A stretch of DNA of 33,727 nucleotides from Planctomycetota bacterium (GCA_027001995.1 JALTLO010000179.1:1-33727), one strand, 5' to 3'. Counted from the stretch's first letter, positions 1 through 9,727 are shown. Translations and numbers: made by a program. The notes: generated by a model from the letters alone, not told the origin.

Positions 1-345
1 CTCAATTTGGTCACCGATGCTGTGGCCGCTGCGGGCATGCCAGATGGAAGTTACACCCTGTCTGGCTTTGACGTTCAAGTGAGGGATGGAGCCGTTCGGC
101 TGAAAGACGGCACTTTGGCAGGGAGTACCCTCACTATGGATCAAGCCCTCAAGAATTTGAAGACCATCACCGGTTGTTCTTGGGCTCATGGGGTTCACAC
201 CATCACCTGCACCCCTGCCCATTTGCTGGGCCTACCTCAACCGATCATTGCAGAAAATGAAACTGCAACCCTCACCTGTCTATCAGATGAAGGCACTATC
301 CTCTTCACCATGATCGACGGTGCCATCGCCTACCAACGACCCTGA
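1..345 (+). CDS. nagA: N-acetylglucosamine-6-phosphate deacetylase, C-terminal part (5' end outside window)
   Basis: Frame open from base 1. LVTDAVAAAGMPDGSYTL, VRDGAVRLKDGTLAGSTLTMDQALKNL and TPAHLLGL match NagA C-terminal motifs (catalytic Asp in VTDA; GTLAGS). Confidence 0.9.
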   Translation, partial: LNLVTDAVAAAGMPDGSYTLSGFDVQVRDGAVRLKDGTLAGSTLTMDQALKNLKTITGCSWAHGVHTITCTPAHLLGLPQPIIAENETATLTCLSDEGTILFTMIDGAIAYQRP

Positions 346-518
346 GGACAGGAGAGATCATCCCTGTGCCAAGGAGTTCTTGGCCCAGGAGTTCTCGTTC
401 TCTATGCTTTGAATGAGCGGCACCGAAGGGAAACAATCAGCCTCTACCGCCCCAAGAAGAGCACCCAGAGATCAGCCTAAGCCTTGTCTCCTGAACGACT
501 TCCGCGAGATATAGTCGT

Positions 519-533
519 TGGCATCTCCTTTGC
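519..533 (+). promoter_or_regulatory. Possible sigma-54 (-24/-12) promoter
   Basis: TGGCATCTCCTTTGC has exact GG-N10-GC spacing against consensus TGGCACGNNNNTTGC. It ends 14 nt before ATG 547, which has no clear Shine-Dalgarno. Confidence 0.35.
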
Positions 534-546
534 GAGTTTCGAGAAC

Positions 547-2559
547 ATGAAACAAGAGAATCGAACAATCCTTTTCCTCTTCTTGGCCCTGGCCCTGGCC
601 GCCGTGGTTGCTGGGATTTCTCTGGGGACCCAGGCCAAAGATGAAGACTGGAATCTAGAAGGCAGCACGAGCAAGGATTGCCCCAGGGCGGTTAGCCGAG
701 CCAAAGCGCCGATCTCAGAAATTGTCAAGACCACAAAGACCCAGCACACCGTCCAAGAGGACGGTCCAAGAGTGAGCCGATTCACCAGGCCCTTCGGCAA
801 GGCCATCACCATTCGCGGTTTGGTAACGGATGTTAAAAGACAGATTCCTATCGCCAATGCCCTTGTCCGCCTCTATTTCCGAGGGTCTCAAGACTGCCAC
901 CTATTTATCCAGGAAGTCAAAACGAATCAGGATGGTCGGTTCTCAATCGAAACTTTGAAATTGGAGAAGCTCAATCGACTCAGTATTGAGGACGGTGTGT
1001 TTGTCGCCCTATCGGACGCAGCCGGTTTCACGCCGGAGTTGGAAGAAGAACGTTTTTGCGAAAGCGATGGCGCTGTCGAATTTGCCAATGAAATGGAAAG
1101 AGGCGGGGCTATTCGGGGGCGCTGCGTAACTCCGGATGGCAAGCCTGTCACCCAAGGCACATTCACTTTGTACGAATTTTCCGCTGAGGAAGGCTATGAG
1201 CAACTTGATTGGGGAGAGATCTTAGGCGATGGGACTTTCGTATCATCATTGGCAAGCCCGACGAGAATTCTCCTAGCCTTTGAATGCCCCCAAGGCTACG
1301 GTGAAGTGAAGGATGTTCAGGCGTCAACCCAAGAAGTGATCGATCTCGGGGACATTATCATTCGAGAGGAAGGGACGATTTCTGGGCGCGTCACTTTCCC
1401 TTCTGGCAATCCTGTTCCTGGGGTGCGCCTTGGGGCCTATGCAAACGACAGCGTTGACGAAGAGGGTGAGGAAAGCGAAGATGCCGACACGACGCAAGAA
1501 TTTGATCCCCGCCATGTTTTCACGACAACGGACGCAAACGGTTATTTTCGCCTAACTGGGCTTAAGGTCGGCATGAAGTACATCGTCGAGTTTGAAGGCC
1601 AGAAGGCTCCTGATGAGAATGTCTACTTGGCCCCGTCAAACGATCTCTTGCTTATTCACGCAGGTAGGCACTTGGCAGTCCAAGTCGTCGACCAAGACAG
1701 AGTTCCTATCTTGGGAGCTAACATTGATCTTGCGGAATTGTCGAAAGACAAATCCGGCCAACCGCAGCTCAAATACATCGAATCTGAGGCTGAGGATATG
1801 GCAAGAGAAACTGACTGGTCCTATTTCTCCATAGATCACTCAGGACCGTTGGTGGTTGCATCTTGGATCAGTACGGGTAAAGATATTCAACGCATTGAGG
1901 AGACGATCAACTCAGTCCAACTGGGTCTCACGAAAGTTAGACTGGTTGCCGCGAGCCAAGACGATGACCGCAAGATGGTGCTCGACGTCTGGCACCCGAG
2001 GAACGGTCTGACCAAACGCTTCATGGCTTCACTCGCCTCACTGAAGACGGGGGAAATCGTACAAAATCTTCTCTGCAATGATTCCGGGATTGCCTACTTA
2101 ACCGCTCTGCCCGATTCCTATGAGTTGCGCCTTTCGTCGGTAGACTATGACAAGGACACGAAACAGGGGCTCATGCTTGTCGAGCATCGAGAGATCATCA
2201 AGATTCCAGTAACCGGCGAGGTGAAGCACACAGTCCACCTACAGGAAGGGGGACGTATCAACTTAACCCTGTCTGGCGACCTACGCTTGCTCTTAGATCA
2301 AGTGGAACCAGTCTTCACCCGAGACGGGGGCAAAGAGAAATATTTGTTCAGATTTGGAGCGACAAGAGGTTGTTACACCCAATATTCGACCACACTCACC
2401 CTGGGCAAGAACACCGGAGAAGAGAACATCCTTCCAGGGCGCTACACGCTGGAAATTAACTCCAAGCATTTCCACCCTGTCCGCCAGTCATTCATGATTG
2501 AAAAGAACAAAGTCACAAACGTCTCCGTGGAGCTTCGACTCGTCAGGAAAGAACAGTAG
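547..2559 (+). CDS. Exported/membrane-anchored protein with several carboxypeptidase-regulatory-like (beta-sandwich) domains
   Basis: N-terminal hydrophobic helix (ILFLFLALALAAVVAGISLG). Repeated I-x-G-x-V...G.PV.G...TD.xG.F modules (IRGLVTD, IRGRCVTPDGKPV, ISGRVTFPSGNPVPG, TTTDANGYFRLTGL). ATG 547 preferred over TTG 484. Confidence 0.75.
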   Translation: MKQENRTILFLFLALALAAVVAGISLGTQAKDEDWNLEGSTSKDCPRAVSRAKAPISEIVKTTKTQHTVQEDGPRVSRFTRPFGKAITIRGLVTDVKRQIPIANALVRLYFRGSQDCHLFIQEVKTNQDGRFSIETLKLEKLNRLSIEDGVFVALSDAAGFTPELEEERFCESDGAVEFANEMERGGAIRGRCVTPDGKPVTQGTFTLYEFSAEEGYEQLDWGEILGDGTFVSSLASPTRILLAFECPQGYGEVKDVQASTQEVIDLGDIIIREEGTISGRVTFPSGNPVPGVRLGAYANDSVDEEGEESEDADTTQEFDPRHVFTTTDANGYFRLTGLKVGMKYIVEFEGQKAPDENVYLAPSNDLLLIHAGRHLAVQVVDQDRVPILGANIDLAELSKDKSGQPQLKYIESEAEDMARETDWSYFSIDHSGPLVVASWISTGKDIQRIEETINSVQLGLTKVRLVAASQDDDRKMVLDVWHPRNGLTKRFMASLASLKTGEIVQNLLCNDSGIAYLTALPDSYELRLSSVDYDKDTKQGLMLVEHREIIKIPVTGEVKHTVHLQEGGRINLTLSGDLRLLLDQVEPVFTRDGGKEKYLFRFGATRGCYTQYSTTLTLGKNTGEENILPGRYTLEINSKHFHPVRQSFMIEKNKVTNVSVELRLVRKEQ

Positions 2560-2595
2560 GGTCCCATTCCATTCCGTTTGGGCTCCAATACCTCA

Positions 2596-5500
2596 TCAAG
2601 GTGCCAACACGAGTTTCAGTCCATTGGAACCGAAAATAAATGGGGCCGTCTCAAATATTTGTATATAGACAGAAGTCCCTGCCAAGGCAGCGTTGTACCT
2701 TGAGATGTTGGGGGCCATGAGTTTACCCGAAGCGTCAAATCCGAATGTCCCGGTCTCAATGAGATTCACCGAATCGGTGGCGATCAATAGAGGGAAACCA
2801 AATCCCGACGGAAAGACTGTTGGTGCCAAACTCACCACGGATAATCCAAGCCCCCCGGGGGTTGCGCCGGTCACGAGAAGCGTACCGCTGCCGGCGAAAG
2901 GATCACCCCCATTGGGGACCCAAACAACCTTCAGGTCAAGCCCTGACAAACTGAAGTCATAGCTGAGTGAAGGCAAGACTGGTGAGAAGCCAATGGTAAC
3001 GGAACCTGCACCGATCCCACTATCATCATTAAGATGAGCACCAGCAAGGATGTCAGCAAAACCATCAAGGTTGGCATCCCCCATGCTTGCGGAGGCGCTG
3101 CCCAATCGCCCACCAAGTGCTTGGCCATCTATCTCTCGAATATTGCTGCCATCATAGCCAGAGAACACGCGCACGCTTCCCCCATTGGCAATGAGATTGC
3201 CCGCAAAGGGTGCTCCACCAATCACGTCGTCGAAGCCATCTCCATTGACGTCGCCACTCATGTCAACAGAGAAACCGAACTGATCGCCGACCTGAGCCCC
3301 CAAGAGGATATGGAGAGGGAGCCCGGTTGCTCCAGAAATAACCACAACCCGGCCAGCATCGGTGCCATTGTCATTAGCTAAAGGGATGCCAACAATGACA
3401 TCACCGTAGCCGTCACAATCGACATCGCCTCCGCCTCCAACAGACCAGCCAAACTGTTCGTTGGCGCTACTCCCCTGCAAAGACAACAAGATTGAACCGT
3501 CAAATCCTGAATAGACGAAGGCCGCACCAGCATTTGTCCCAGCGCCGTCGTCGAAGCGAGACCCTACAATAACATCAGCAAAGCCATCTAAGTTCACATC
3601 GCCCGCACCACTGACGGCACCGCCAAGCTGGACACCACCTTGACTGCCGTCAAAGACGAATAGGATCGAGCCATCGATTCCCGAGAATACCAAAGCTGAA
3701 CCTGAGTCGGGACCAACACCATCATGAAGCCGGGCACCAATAATAACATCGGCAAAGCCATCACCATTAACATCTCCCGCACCATCAATCGCACGCCCGA
3801 ATTCGTCGCCAGCTGCACTACCCAGGAAAGTGTAGAGGATCCCACCATCTGCCCCTGAAAAGATCGTCGCGCTACCGGCATTGTTTCCGTTGCTATCTTC
3901 CTGGCTTGCGCCAACAGCGAAGTCAGGCGTTCCGTCGCCATTCACATCTCCGACACCCGCCACATCACGACCAAACTGATCGCCAAGGGAGCTGCCGTTC
4001 ATTTGATAGAGCACCGACAAATCTTTGCCAGAATAGACAAACGCCTCTCCCGAGTTGATACCAAAATCAGCGCTCTTGGGTGCGCCAACCAAGAAATCTG
4101 GATATCCATCCCCATTGACATCACCAACGCCATCGACAGCGCGCCCGAATTGCTCACCAAGGGTCTGCCCTGAAATAGACATCACCGAGCCGCCAAGGGA
4201 TTGCAAAGCCAGTTTCGCATTCAGCAGACCAGCTCCAAAAGTTGTGTCATATCCAACTGGGCCCAGGTCTTGTGCTGTCGCTTGCAAGATCGTTTCAATG
4301 TCAACCGGTGTCAACGTGGGGTCAAACGACAACATGAGAGCGGCGATTCCGGCAGCATAGGGAGAAGAAAATGACGTCCCATAAATCACCGCGTAATCAA
4401 GAGTTGAATAGCCTAGAGCGCCGAGGCGATCTGTCGTCAGGATATCCACGCCGGGGGCGACGAAGGCCAACCCTGGCCCCGTCGAACTGAAAGTCGCAAG
4501 TGCTCCGAAACGATCAACAGCCCCAACGGCATTCACAGCAGCAAGGCTCGCTGGATACTTCAAGCCGGGAATTCCAGAGTTTCCCGCGGAAGCGAAGTGA
4601 ATGATGCCTAGTTGCTTCGTATTGCTGTAGGCGTTAGCGATCGCATTTGAAGTGAATCCATAGAAGTTACTGTTGTTGGTGACACGAGCACCAATGCTGT
4701 TCGCCCAATTCAGGCCATTCACTGTCGCCGCGCTGGTCCCATTCCATGACCCATTGCAAAGGGAAATGTCTGCAATGAACGTACGAGCGGAGGCGGAGAA
4801 GCATTTGGGCGCGACGCCGACGCCGCCAATATTGTTGTCGATTCTTGCAGTTATGCACCCGGCGACCGCGGTGCCATGAATCTCGCACATGTTGACCGGA
4901 TTGCCATTGTTCGCCAAGGGATCGTTGGTGAAATCAGCTCCCGCGATCATGTTTAGATCTGGATGAGCCATTTCAATGCCGGATTCAAAAATAACGATCT
5001 TGATCGCCCCACTCCCCTTGGTGATGTCCCAGGCTTCCGCGACATCCATGTCAAAGTCATTCAAGCCGCCGGACTGCCCCGTATTGTCGAACGCCCATTG
5101 CGCCCCAAAGAAGACGTCGTTGGGAATGTATCCAGATTGCCCGCTGAAGTAGGCACTAGGCTCGGCCCATGCCACGCCCTCCTTCATGGCCAAACTATTA
5201 GCCACATGCAATGCTTCAAGACCACTTTTTCCACGTACTCTGAAACTCCAGGTGTTTGGCATACCACCCCAATTGGGCAGGAGATCAGAAACACCGGTCA
5301 AACTCGAAATCACCTTCCGTTGTTGTTTCAAAGAAAACTTGTCCGCTTTGAAACCAAGAAGCACAACCGGCTCAAAGTAGAGAGCACCTCCTAATTCGTC
5401 GAAGAAAACAGGAGAAGAAGATTGGCACTCTTTTACCCGACCCAATCTCTCGACCAACGATTCCACATCAGTCGAATTTTGCTCCGATTCACGCAATCGA

Positions 5501-5802
5501 AAGAAATAGACTCCCGGAATACCAGCAGGAACAATTTGTTCACGTGAGATGTCCTCTCCCATCTCCCTTCGCACAATTGCAAGAGGGTCGCCGTCACAAA
5601 AGACCGCAATGCGCGTCGAATCAAGAAGCAACTCTCTTGCTTCATCGGCATAGACATAGTGATAAGAAGCTTCCTGGCTAGCTAATCTGGGTGCCTGCAC
5701 AATAACTGCCAACAGGGCGAGAACAATCGCTGGAACTAACCCCGGGGAGGATGAAGCGGCCCTTTCGGTCGATTCACTTCTTAGAAAAGGTCTATTGAAC
5801 AT
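2596..5802 (-). CDS. Secreted S8 (subtilisin-family) peptidase with FG-GAP repeat beta-propeller and C-terminal domain
   Basis: Signal peptide and prodomain; PNDVFFGAQW; IVIFESG...HPDL; HGTAVAG; SAGNSG (oxyanion Asn); GTSFSSPYAAG; followed by seven FG/LG...GDVNGDG.xD...GA-type repeats. Confidence 0.92.
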   Translation of the reverse strand: MFNRPFLRSESTERAASSSPGLVPAIVLALLAVIVQAPRLASQEASYHYVYADEARELLLDSTRIAVFCDGDPLAIVRREMGEDISREQIVPAGIPGVYFFRLRESEQNSTDVESLVERLGRVKECQSSSPVFFDELGGALYFEPVVLLGFKADKFSLKQQRKVISSLTGVSDLLPNWGGMPNTWSFRVRGKSGLEALHVANSLAMKEGVAWAEPSAYFSGQSGYIPNDVFFGAQWAFDNTGQSGGLNDFDMDVAEAWDITKGSGAIKIVIFESGIEMAHPDLNMIAGADFTNDPLANNGNPVNMCEIHGTAVAGCITARIDNNIGGVGVAPKCFSASARTFIADISLCNGSWNGTSAATVNGLNWANSIGARVTNNSNFYGFTSNAIANAYSNTKQLGIIHFASAGNSGIPGLKYPASLAAVNAVGAVDRFGALATFSSTGPGLAFVAPGVDILTTDRLGALGYSTLDYAVIYGTSFSSPYAAGIAALMLSFDPTLTPVDIETILQATAQDLGPVGYDTTFGAGLLNAKLALQSLGGSVMSISGQTLGEQFGRAVDGVGDVNGDGYPDFLVGAPKSADFGINSGEAFVYSGKDLSVLYQMNGSSLGDQFGRDVAGVGDVNGDGTPDFAVGASQEDSNGNNAGSATIFSGADGGILYTFLGSAAGDEFGRAIDGAGDVNGDGFADVIIGARLHDGVGPDSGSALVFSGIDGSILFVFDGSQGGVQLGGAVSGAGDVNLDGFADVIVGSRFDDGAGTNAGAAFVYSGFDGSILLSLQGSSANEQFGWSVGGGGDVDCDGYGDVIVGIPLANDNGTDAGRVVVISGATGLPLHILLGAQVGDQFGFSVDMSGDVNGDGFDDVIGGAPFAGNLIANGGSVRVFSGYDGSNIREIDGQALGGRLGSASASMGDANLDGFADILAGAHLNDDSGIGAGSVTIGFSPVLPSLSYDFSLSGLDLKVVWVPNGGDPFAGSGTLLVTGATPGGLGLSVVSLAPTVFPSGFGFPLLIATDSVNLIETGTFGFDASGKLMAPNISRYNAALAGTSVYIQIFETAPFIFGSNGLKLVLAP
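2990..4170 (-). repeat. Seven FG-GAP (integrin alpha-like, Ca-binding) protein repeats within the S8 protein; boundaries approximate
   Basis: GDVNGDGYPD, GDVNGDGTPD, GDVNGDGFAD, GDVNLDGFAD, GDVDCDGYGD, GDVNGDGFDD, GDANLDGFAD at about 58 aa spacing. Confidence 0.9.
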
Positions 5803-5949
5803 GTTGTTTACCTCTCATAGGAATTTACTCCGCGCAGAACCATCATACATAAGTCGGGCGCACAGCTCACATCAAACCAGAATCGGCACGATCAAGTCAA
5901 TGGCCTTGGACTCTTGGGGCAGTCCATGGCCTCGGGTGCCTTCAAACGA

Positions 5950-7713
5950 TCAAAGCCGGCTTTTTGCAGCCCAAACAGTCGATTTGGGATAAAAGCCGTG
6001 CCACCTCTCGATGAGCCAGGCCGTAGCCGGGAGTGGTTGCATTTTTTGAGAATTGGAAGTGTTGCCCTTGGGACGGCCCAACATCATATTCCATGATCGA
6101 CCAATTTCGTCGACAAACTCGCCTTCCCCCCGATAGAAAAATTTGTGCTTGCCTCTTACCCAAGCGGTGGCGTGCATGCCGTCTTTGTCGAAGAAGACAA
6201 CGATGTCTTTGCCGTCAAAGCGATCATGAATGACACGCTCCCGCATAAGATCTTCCATCAAGAAGAGCTTGGCACTTGCACCTTGTCCGACGGAGACGCC
6301 GAATTTCTTGGCGTCTTTCTCCTTGAGGGTGAACGTACCCATGAATCCGCCACGGCCTTTGCCTTCAAGAACTAAAGAGTTGGGATGATTCTCAACCCAA
6401 TTACCCCACGAGGTAATCGAACTTGAAATGAATGTGAGTTGAGACCCCTTCATTTCGCCTTTGACACATTCGCCCGTGGTATGTACCCAAAGCGATTTTG
6501 TGCCCCTGTCATACATGACAAAAGAGCGACGATAGAGAACACCTTCATGACCAAATTCAAGAACTTTGCCAGACAGTTTTCTGCTATACACGATAGCGGT
6601 TTGGCAAAGTGGTCACCAGGAGACAGCGATGGGAGTCTTGCCACAGACATCATTGCCGAGTTCATGAACCCCCATGATTGAAATGGGATAGGCTCTTGCT
6701 TCGCCGTCGCAGACCACACCGATAACGGCTTCATCAGAGGCCGTCTTGGCCTCCTTCGCCGTTGACATCTTGGGGTTGTCAAACACAGGAAATGAGTCAC
6801 GGGGGGCAGCTCTGCGCGCGTTGGCGTCATAGTCTGACTCGAGATCATTCAGATCCCGTTCTGTGGGCATTGGCCTCCGTTTTCTGTGTTTTCGTTCTTC
6901 TTTCTTCGCTTCTTCTTGTCCTGTGACAGCTTTCGAAGTCTGAATCTTCGGCAGGTTGCCACGGATAACGCGGGCCGGCAAGATGACAATAAGCTGTTCT
7001 TTCGCGCCGCGATTCTTCAAAGATGCAAAAGGGCTGTCGTCCTTGATATCGGCCTTCGGTGTTTCAACAGCAAAACCAATGAACTGTCCATGGGCGTTGT
7101 AGACGCATGCGCCATTGAGATCACAGCCTTGTTGCAAGAAAGCCGCAACAGGTTCGGCGATAGCGCCTGCCAGGTGAATACGACTCGCTTTCAGAGCGAA
7201 GCCAAAACGCTCGTTAAGACGCCCTATACAGAGGAGTTCGTCTCCGAGTCTTGCCATGCCGTCTGCGTTCAGATCGACTGCTTTGAAGATCGCTCCTTTC
7301 GGATCATGAATAGCTAAGAAAGCGACGCCAAGGCTCTTATTCTCCTCGATGACTTTTGCCTGATAGAACCGGTCTTTCCCCAGGCGAACCGTTATCTTGC
7401 TGCGTACAGCATCATGTCTTCTATTGGGTCCCATTCTTGGCAGAGATGGACTGGATAGCATGGCTTGAGAAACGAGAATCACGCCGTGGGGGTTGACAAT
7501 GATTCCTGTCCCACTTTGTTCGACAACAAGAGTAGAATCATCCATCCCCATCATCTGGGCCATCTGACCAAGATCAAACTTGAACTCAGCAACAACAGTG
7601 ACAAGAGAAGGTCCGGCGTCGAACAGTTGATCTAGAGCGCCATTCCAGACTTGAGCTGAACTTGGCGTCGCGACAGTGGAGAGAAGGAATAAGAGAATCA
7701 GAAAAGTCTTCAT
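5950..7713 (-). CDS. Probable exported selenoprotein (587 aa): inactive HtrA/trypsin-like domain fused to DUF3179, Sec encoded by in-frame UGA at 6613-6615
   Basis: ORFs 6613..7713 and 5950..6591 are in one frame, separated only by TGA. Read-through gives IAVSW-U-PLCQTAIVYSR, aligning with the DUF3179 CPLC motif. Flanking DUF3179 motifs: ARAYPISIMGVHELGND, FGHEGVLY, VMYDRGTKSLW, SWGNW.ENHPNSLVL. N-terminal signal peptide. Confidence 0.85.
6563..6610 (-). promoter_or_regulatory. Putative bacterial SECIS element
   Basis: mRNA after the UGA: ACUUUGCCA pairs with UGGCAAAGU (9 bp lower stem); GCUAU/AUAGC upper stem; apical loop CGUGU with G at position 2, starting 20 nt after the UGA. Confidence 0.7.
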
Positions 7714-7898
7714 GCTTGGGCCTCGTTGAGTTCTGCCCCCAAGAATGATCGGGGGTTGGTCTAACCGAATTTCGATGAACCATCGATTGTCAGACTAATT
7801 CCGAACGAGTCAAGGCATCTATGGTCATTGGGGAAGATTAACCGGAACAATCGGCAAACTGTCCCGACCGCTTTTTTGATTTCGGACAGTCCATACGG

Positions 7899-7932
7899 AA
7901 AAACGGGGTTCATCACTGATGATGAACCCCGT
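7899..7932 (-). terminator. Intrinsic terminator after the matrixin gene
   Basis: Perfect 13 bp stem ACGGGGTTCATCA/TGATGAACCCCGT with a 4 nt loop, followed by a short U tract on the minus strand, about 30 nt past stop 7964. Confidence 0.75.
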
Positions 7933-7963
7933 CCTTATGAAACTTCAGCTTGTTGCCACCGTC

Positions 7964-9727
7964 CTATTGGAAGATGAGGACCAAGCAATTGGTGCTCGAA
8001 ACGCCACCCGCCATTCCAGGATCACTTAAGCCAGCTTGCAAATAGATGCGGAAACCGGCGATGCTCGGGAGGTTCGGAATCGGAAAGGGCAAAGTTGCCA
8101 TGCCGGAAGAAATCGTGGCGTTGAAACCTGCGGCAGGAAAGAGATCATCCTTGGGGATGCTCACCCATTGCAAGACTCCATTGCCAAGGTCCAAGAAGTC
8201 AGGCTGTCCAGCACCATAGAAAAATGCTGTTTCTCCGTTCACACCATTGCTCACATTCAAAGCGAACGAGGCGTTATTGATGGTAGGAGAACCTACTGCT
8301 GACAAAGCAGGGGTGCCGGCTGTACCAGCAGAACCCGCACCAAAAGTGAATGAAGTGGCAGAAGGGGCCGGATTGGGAGTGATTTCGATGACTCCACAGT
8401 AAATGGCCATCTCTGAGCCATTGTCATAGACAATGTCACGAGGGCCAGGTTCGGCGTTTGAGGCTACTGTTAGCGGAAAGATCTTAAAGCCATTGGAACC
8501 AATTGTCCCTGACCCCGTAGAGGCCGGGCCAAATGTAATGCCCTGTCCAACCATTGAAAACTGGTTGTCAGCGAAGGTGTCCACCGATGGCCCGACAACA
8601 ACAACAAAAGTTGTGTCCCCTGGAGCCTTTTCGAAGCCAGATGCTGAGACCGAGAAACTGCCCGTTCCCGCAGGGAAGTCACCGATCTGCACCAAGTTGA
8701 CCGTCTGGGCCGTGGCCGCCAAACTGACATCAACATTCGCCGTCACTGTTGCGGCTTGAACACGAATGGTGGTTGGTGTTGCATTGCCGCCTAAAAACGT
8801 TGTCTGGAATGTTGTGTTTTTGCCCGTGGTAAAAAACGAGCTCTGAATATTGGAGTCTGCAACGGGGCCATCCAAGGGCTCAACGTAAATCTGATAGGGC
8901 CCAGGAGCCAAACCGGAAATACTGTAGGTGCCGTCCGGAAGGCTCATAGCCGCCGCACCAATGGTGCCATCGACAACAGATCTTGCCACCACGTGAGCAC
9001 CGTAGACATTCGATCCACTTTGGGTGATTGTCCCAGTGACAATGCCAGTAGACCAGAAATTCGGAATCGTCTGATAAACACCGTTAATCCCAGCAACATC
9101 ATCAACACTGATACCTCGGGCATCAGTCGCTCCTGCTGACGTGGTAGGAAACATGGTTGCTGACGCAACAGCGCTGTGGTTCAAACCAAATGTGTGGCCG
9201 AATTCATGAGTGGCAACTCCTTGAATGTCAAACCGGGTAGTGGTCGCAAGAGTGGTGTAGCTCGTGGCAGAATTAAAGATGATATCGGCATCCACAATCT
9301 CCAATGACCCATTGAAGAAGACGAGGGATACAGCCAAAGCACTGCCAACGATGGCATTATTTGTCGCCGAGTTGATGAAAGTCACCAAGTTAATGCCATC
9401 GTTGGCACTATCTTGGGTGGCGACTGTACCGCCATCGGTGAAGCTTATCGCCGACACGTTCTCCCATTGCTGAGCAGCGGTCGTGCAAGCGCTTTGCACC
9501 AAACTTCCTGCCTCCACGTTGGGAATTGCGGGCAAGTTATTGACGGCGTCGTTGTAAACAAAAGTCACGGTGCTACCGACAAAACGGGCAGGACCGATAT
9601 TTGCGCCACTTTGCTGCAAACCAATCACATGAGCCAGTGGTTTAGCTTCACCTTTTGGCCCACCATTGGGGGCAGCGAAAACAGGAGCAATCAGACCAAG
9701 ACAGAGGAGAGCTATTAGGGTTTTCAT
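7964..9727 (-). CDS. Secreted matrixin (M10/metzincin) zinc metalloprotease with carboxypeptidase-regulatory-like and C-terminal domains
   Basis: Signal peptide; HEFGHTFGLNH (HExxHxxGxxH); Met-turn ATMFP; DADIIFN; DDVAGINGVY; then VTGTIT...VYGAHVVA...DGTYSISGLAPGPY. Confidence 0.9.
   Translation of the reverse strand: MKTLIALLCLGLIAPVFAAPNGGPKGEAKPLAHVIGLQQSGANIGPARFVGSTVTFVYNDAVNNLPAIPNVEAGSLVQSACTTAAQQWENVSAISFTDGGTVATQDSANDGINLVTFINSATNNAIVGSALAVSLVFFNGSLEIVDADIIFNSATSYTTLATTTRFDIQGVATHEFGHTFGLNHSAVASATMFPTTSAGATDARGISVDDVAGINGVYQTIPNFWSTGIVTGTITQSGSNVYGAHVVARSVVDGTIGAAAMSLPDGTYSISGLAPGPYQIYVEPLDGPVADSNIQSSFFTTGKNTTFQTTFLGGNATPTTIRVQAATVTANVDVSLAATAQTVNLVQIGDFPAGTGSFSVSASGFEKAPGDTTFVVVVGPSVDTFADNQFSMVGQGITFGPASTGSGTIGSNGFKIFPLTVASNAEPGPRDIVYDNGSEMAIYCGVIEITPNPAPSATSFTFGAGSAGTAGTPALSAVGSPTINNASFALNVSNGVNGETAFFYGAGQPDFLDLGNGVLQWVSIPKDDLFPAAGFNATISSGMATLPFPIPNLPSIAGFRIYLQAGLSDPGMAGGVSSTNCLVLIFQ

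Noticed and set aside
369..395. Short direct repeat CCAAGGAGTTCT / CCAGGAGTTCT after nagA
   Set aside because: Two short copies only, not distinguishable from chance.
5950..7713. Pseudogene or two separate genes
   Set aside because: There is a single in-frame TGA at a conserved Cys position with a SECIS-like hairpin and no other lesions, so Sec recoding fits better.
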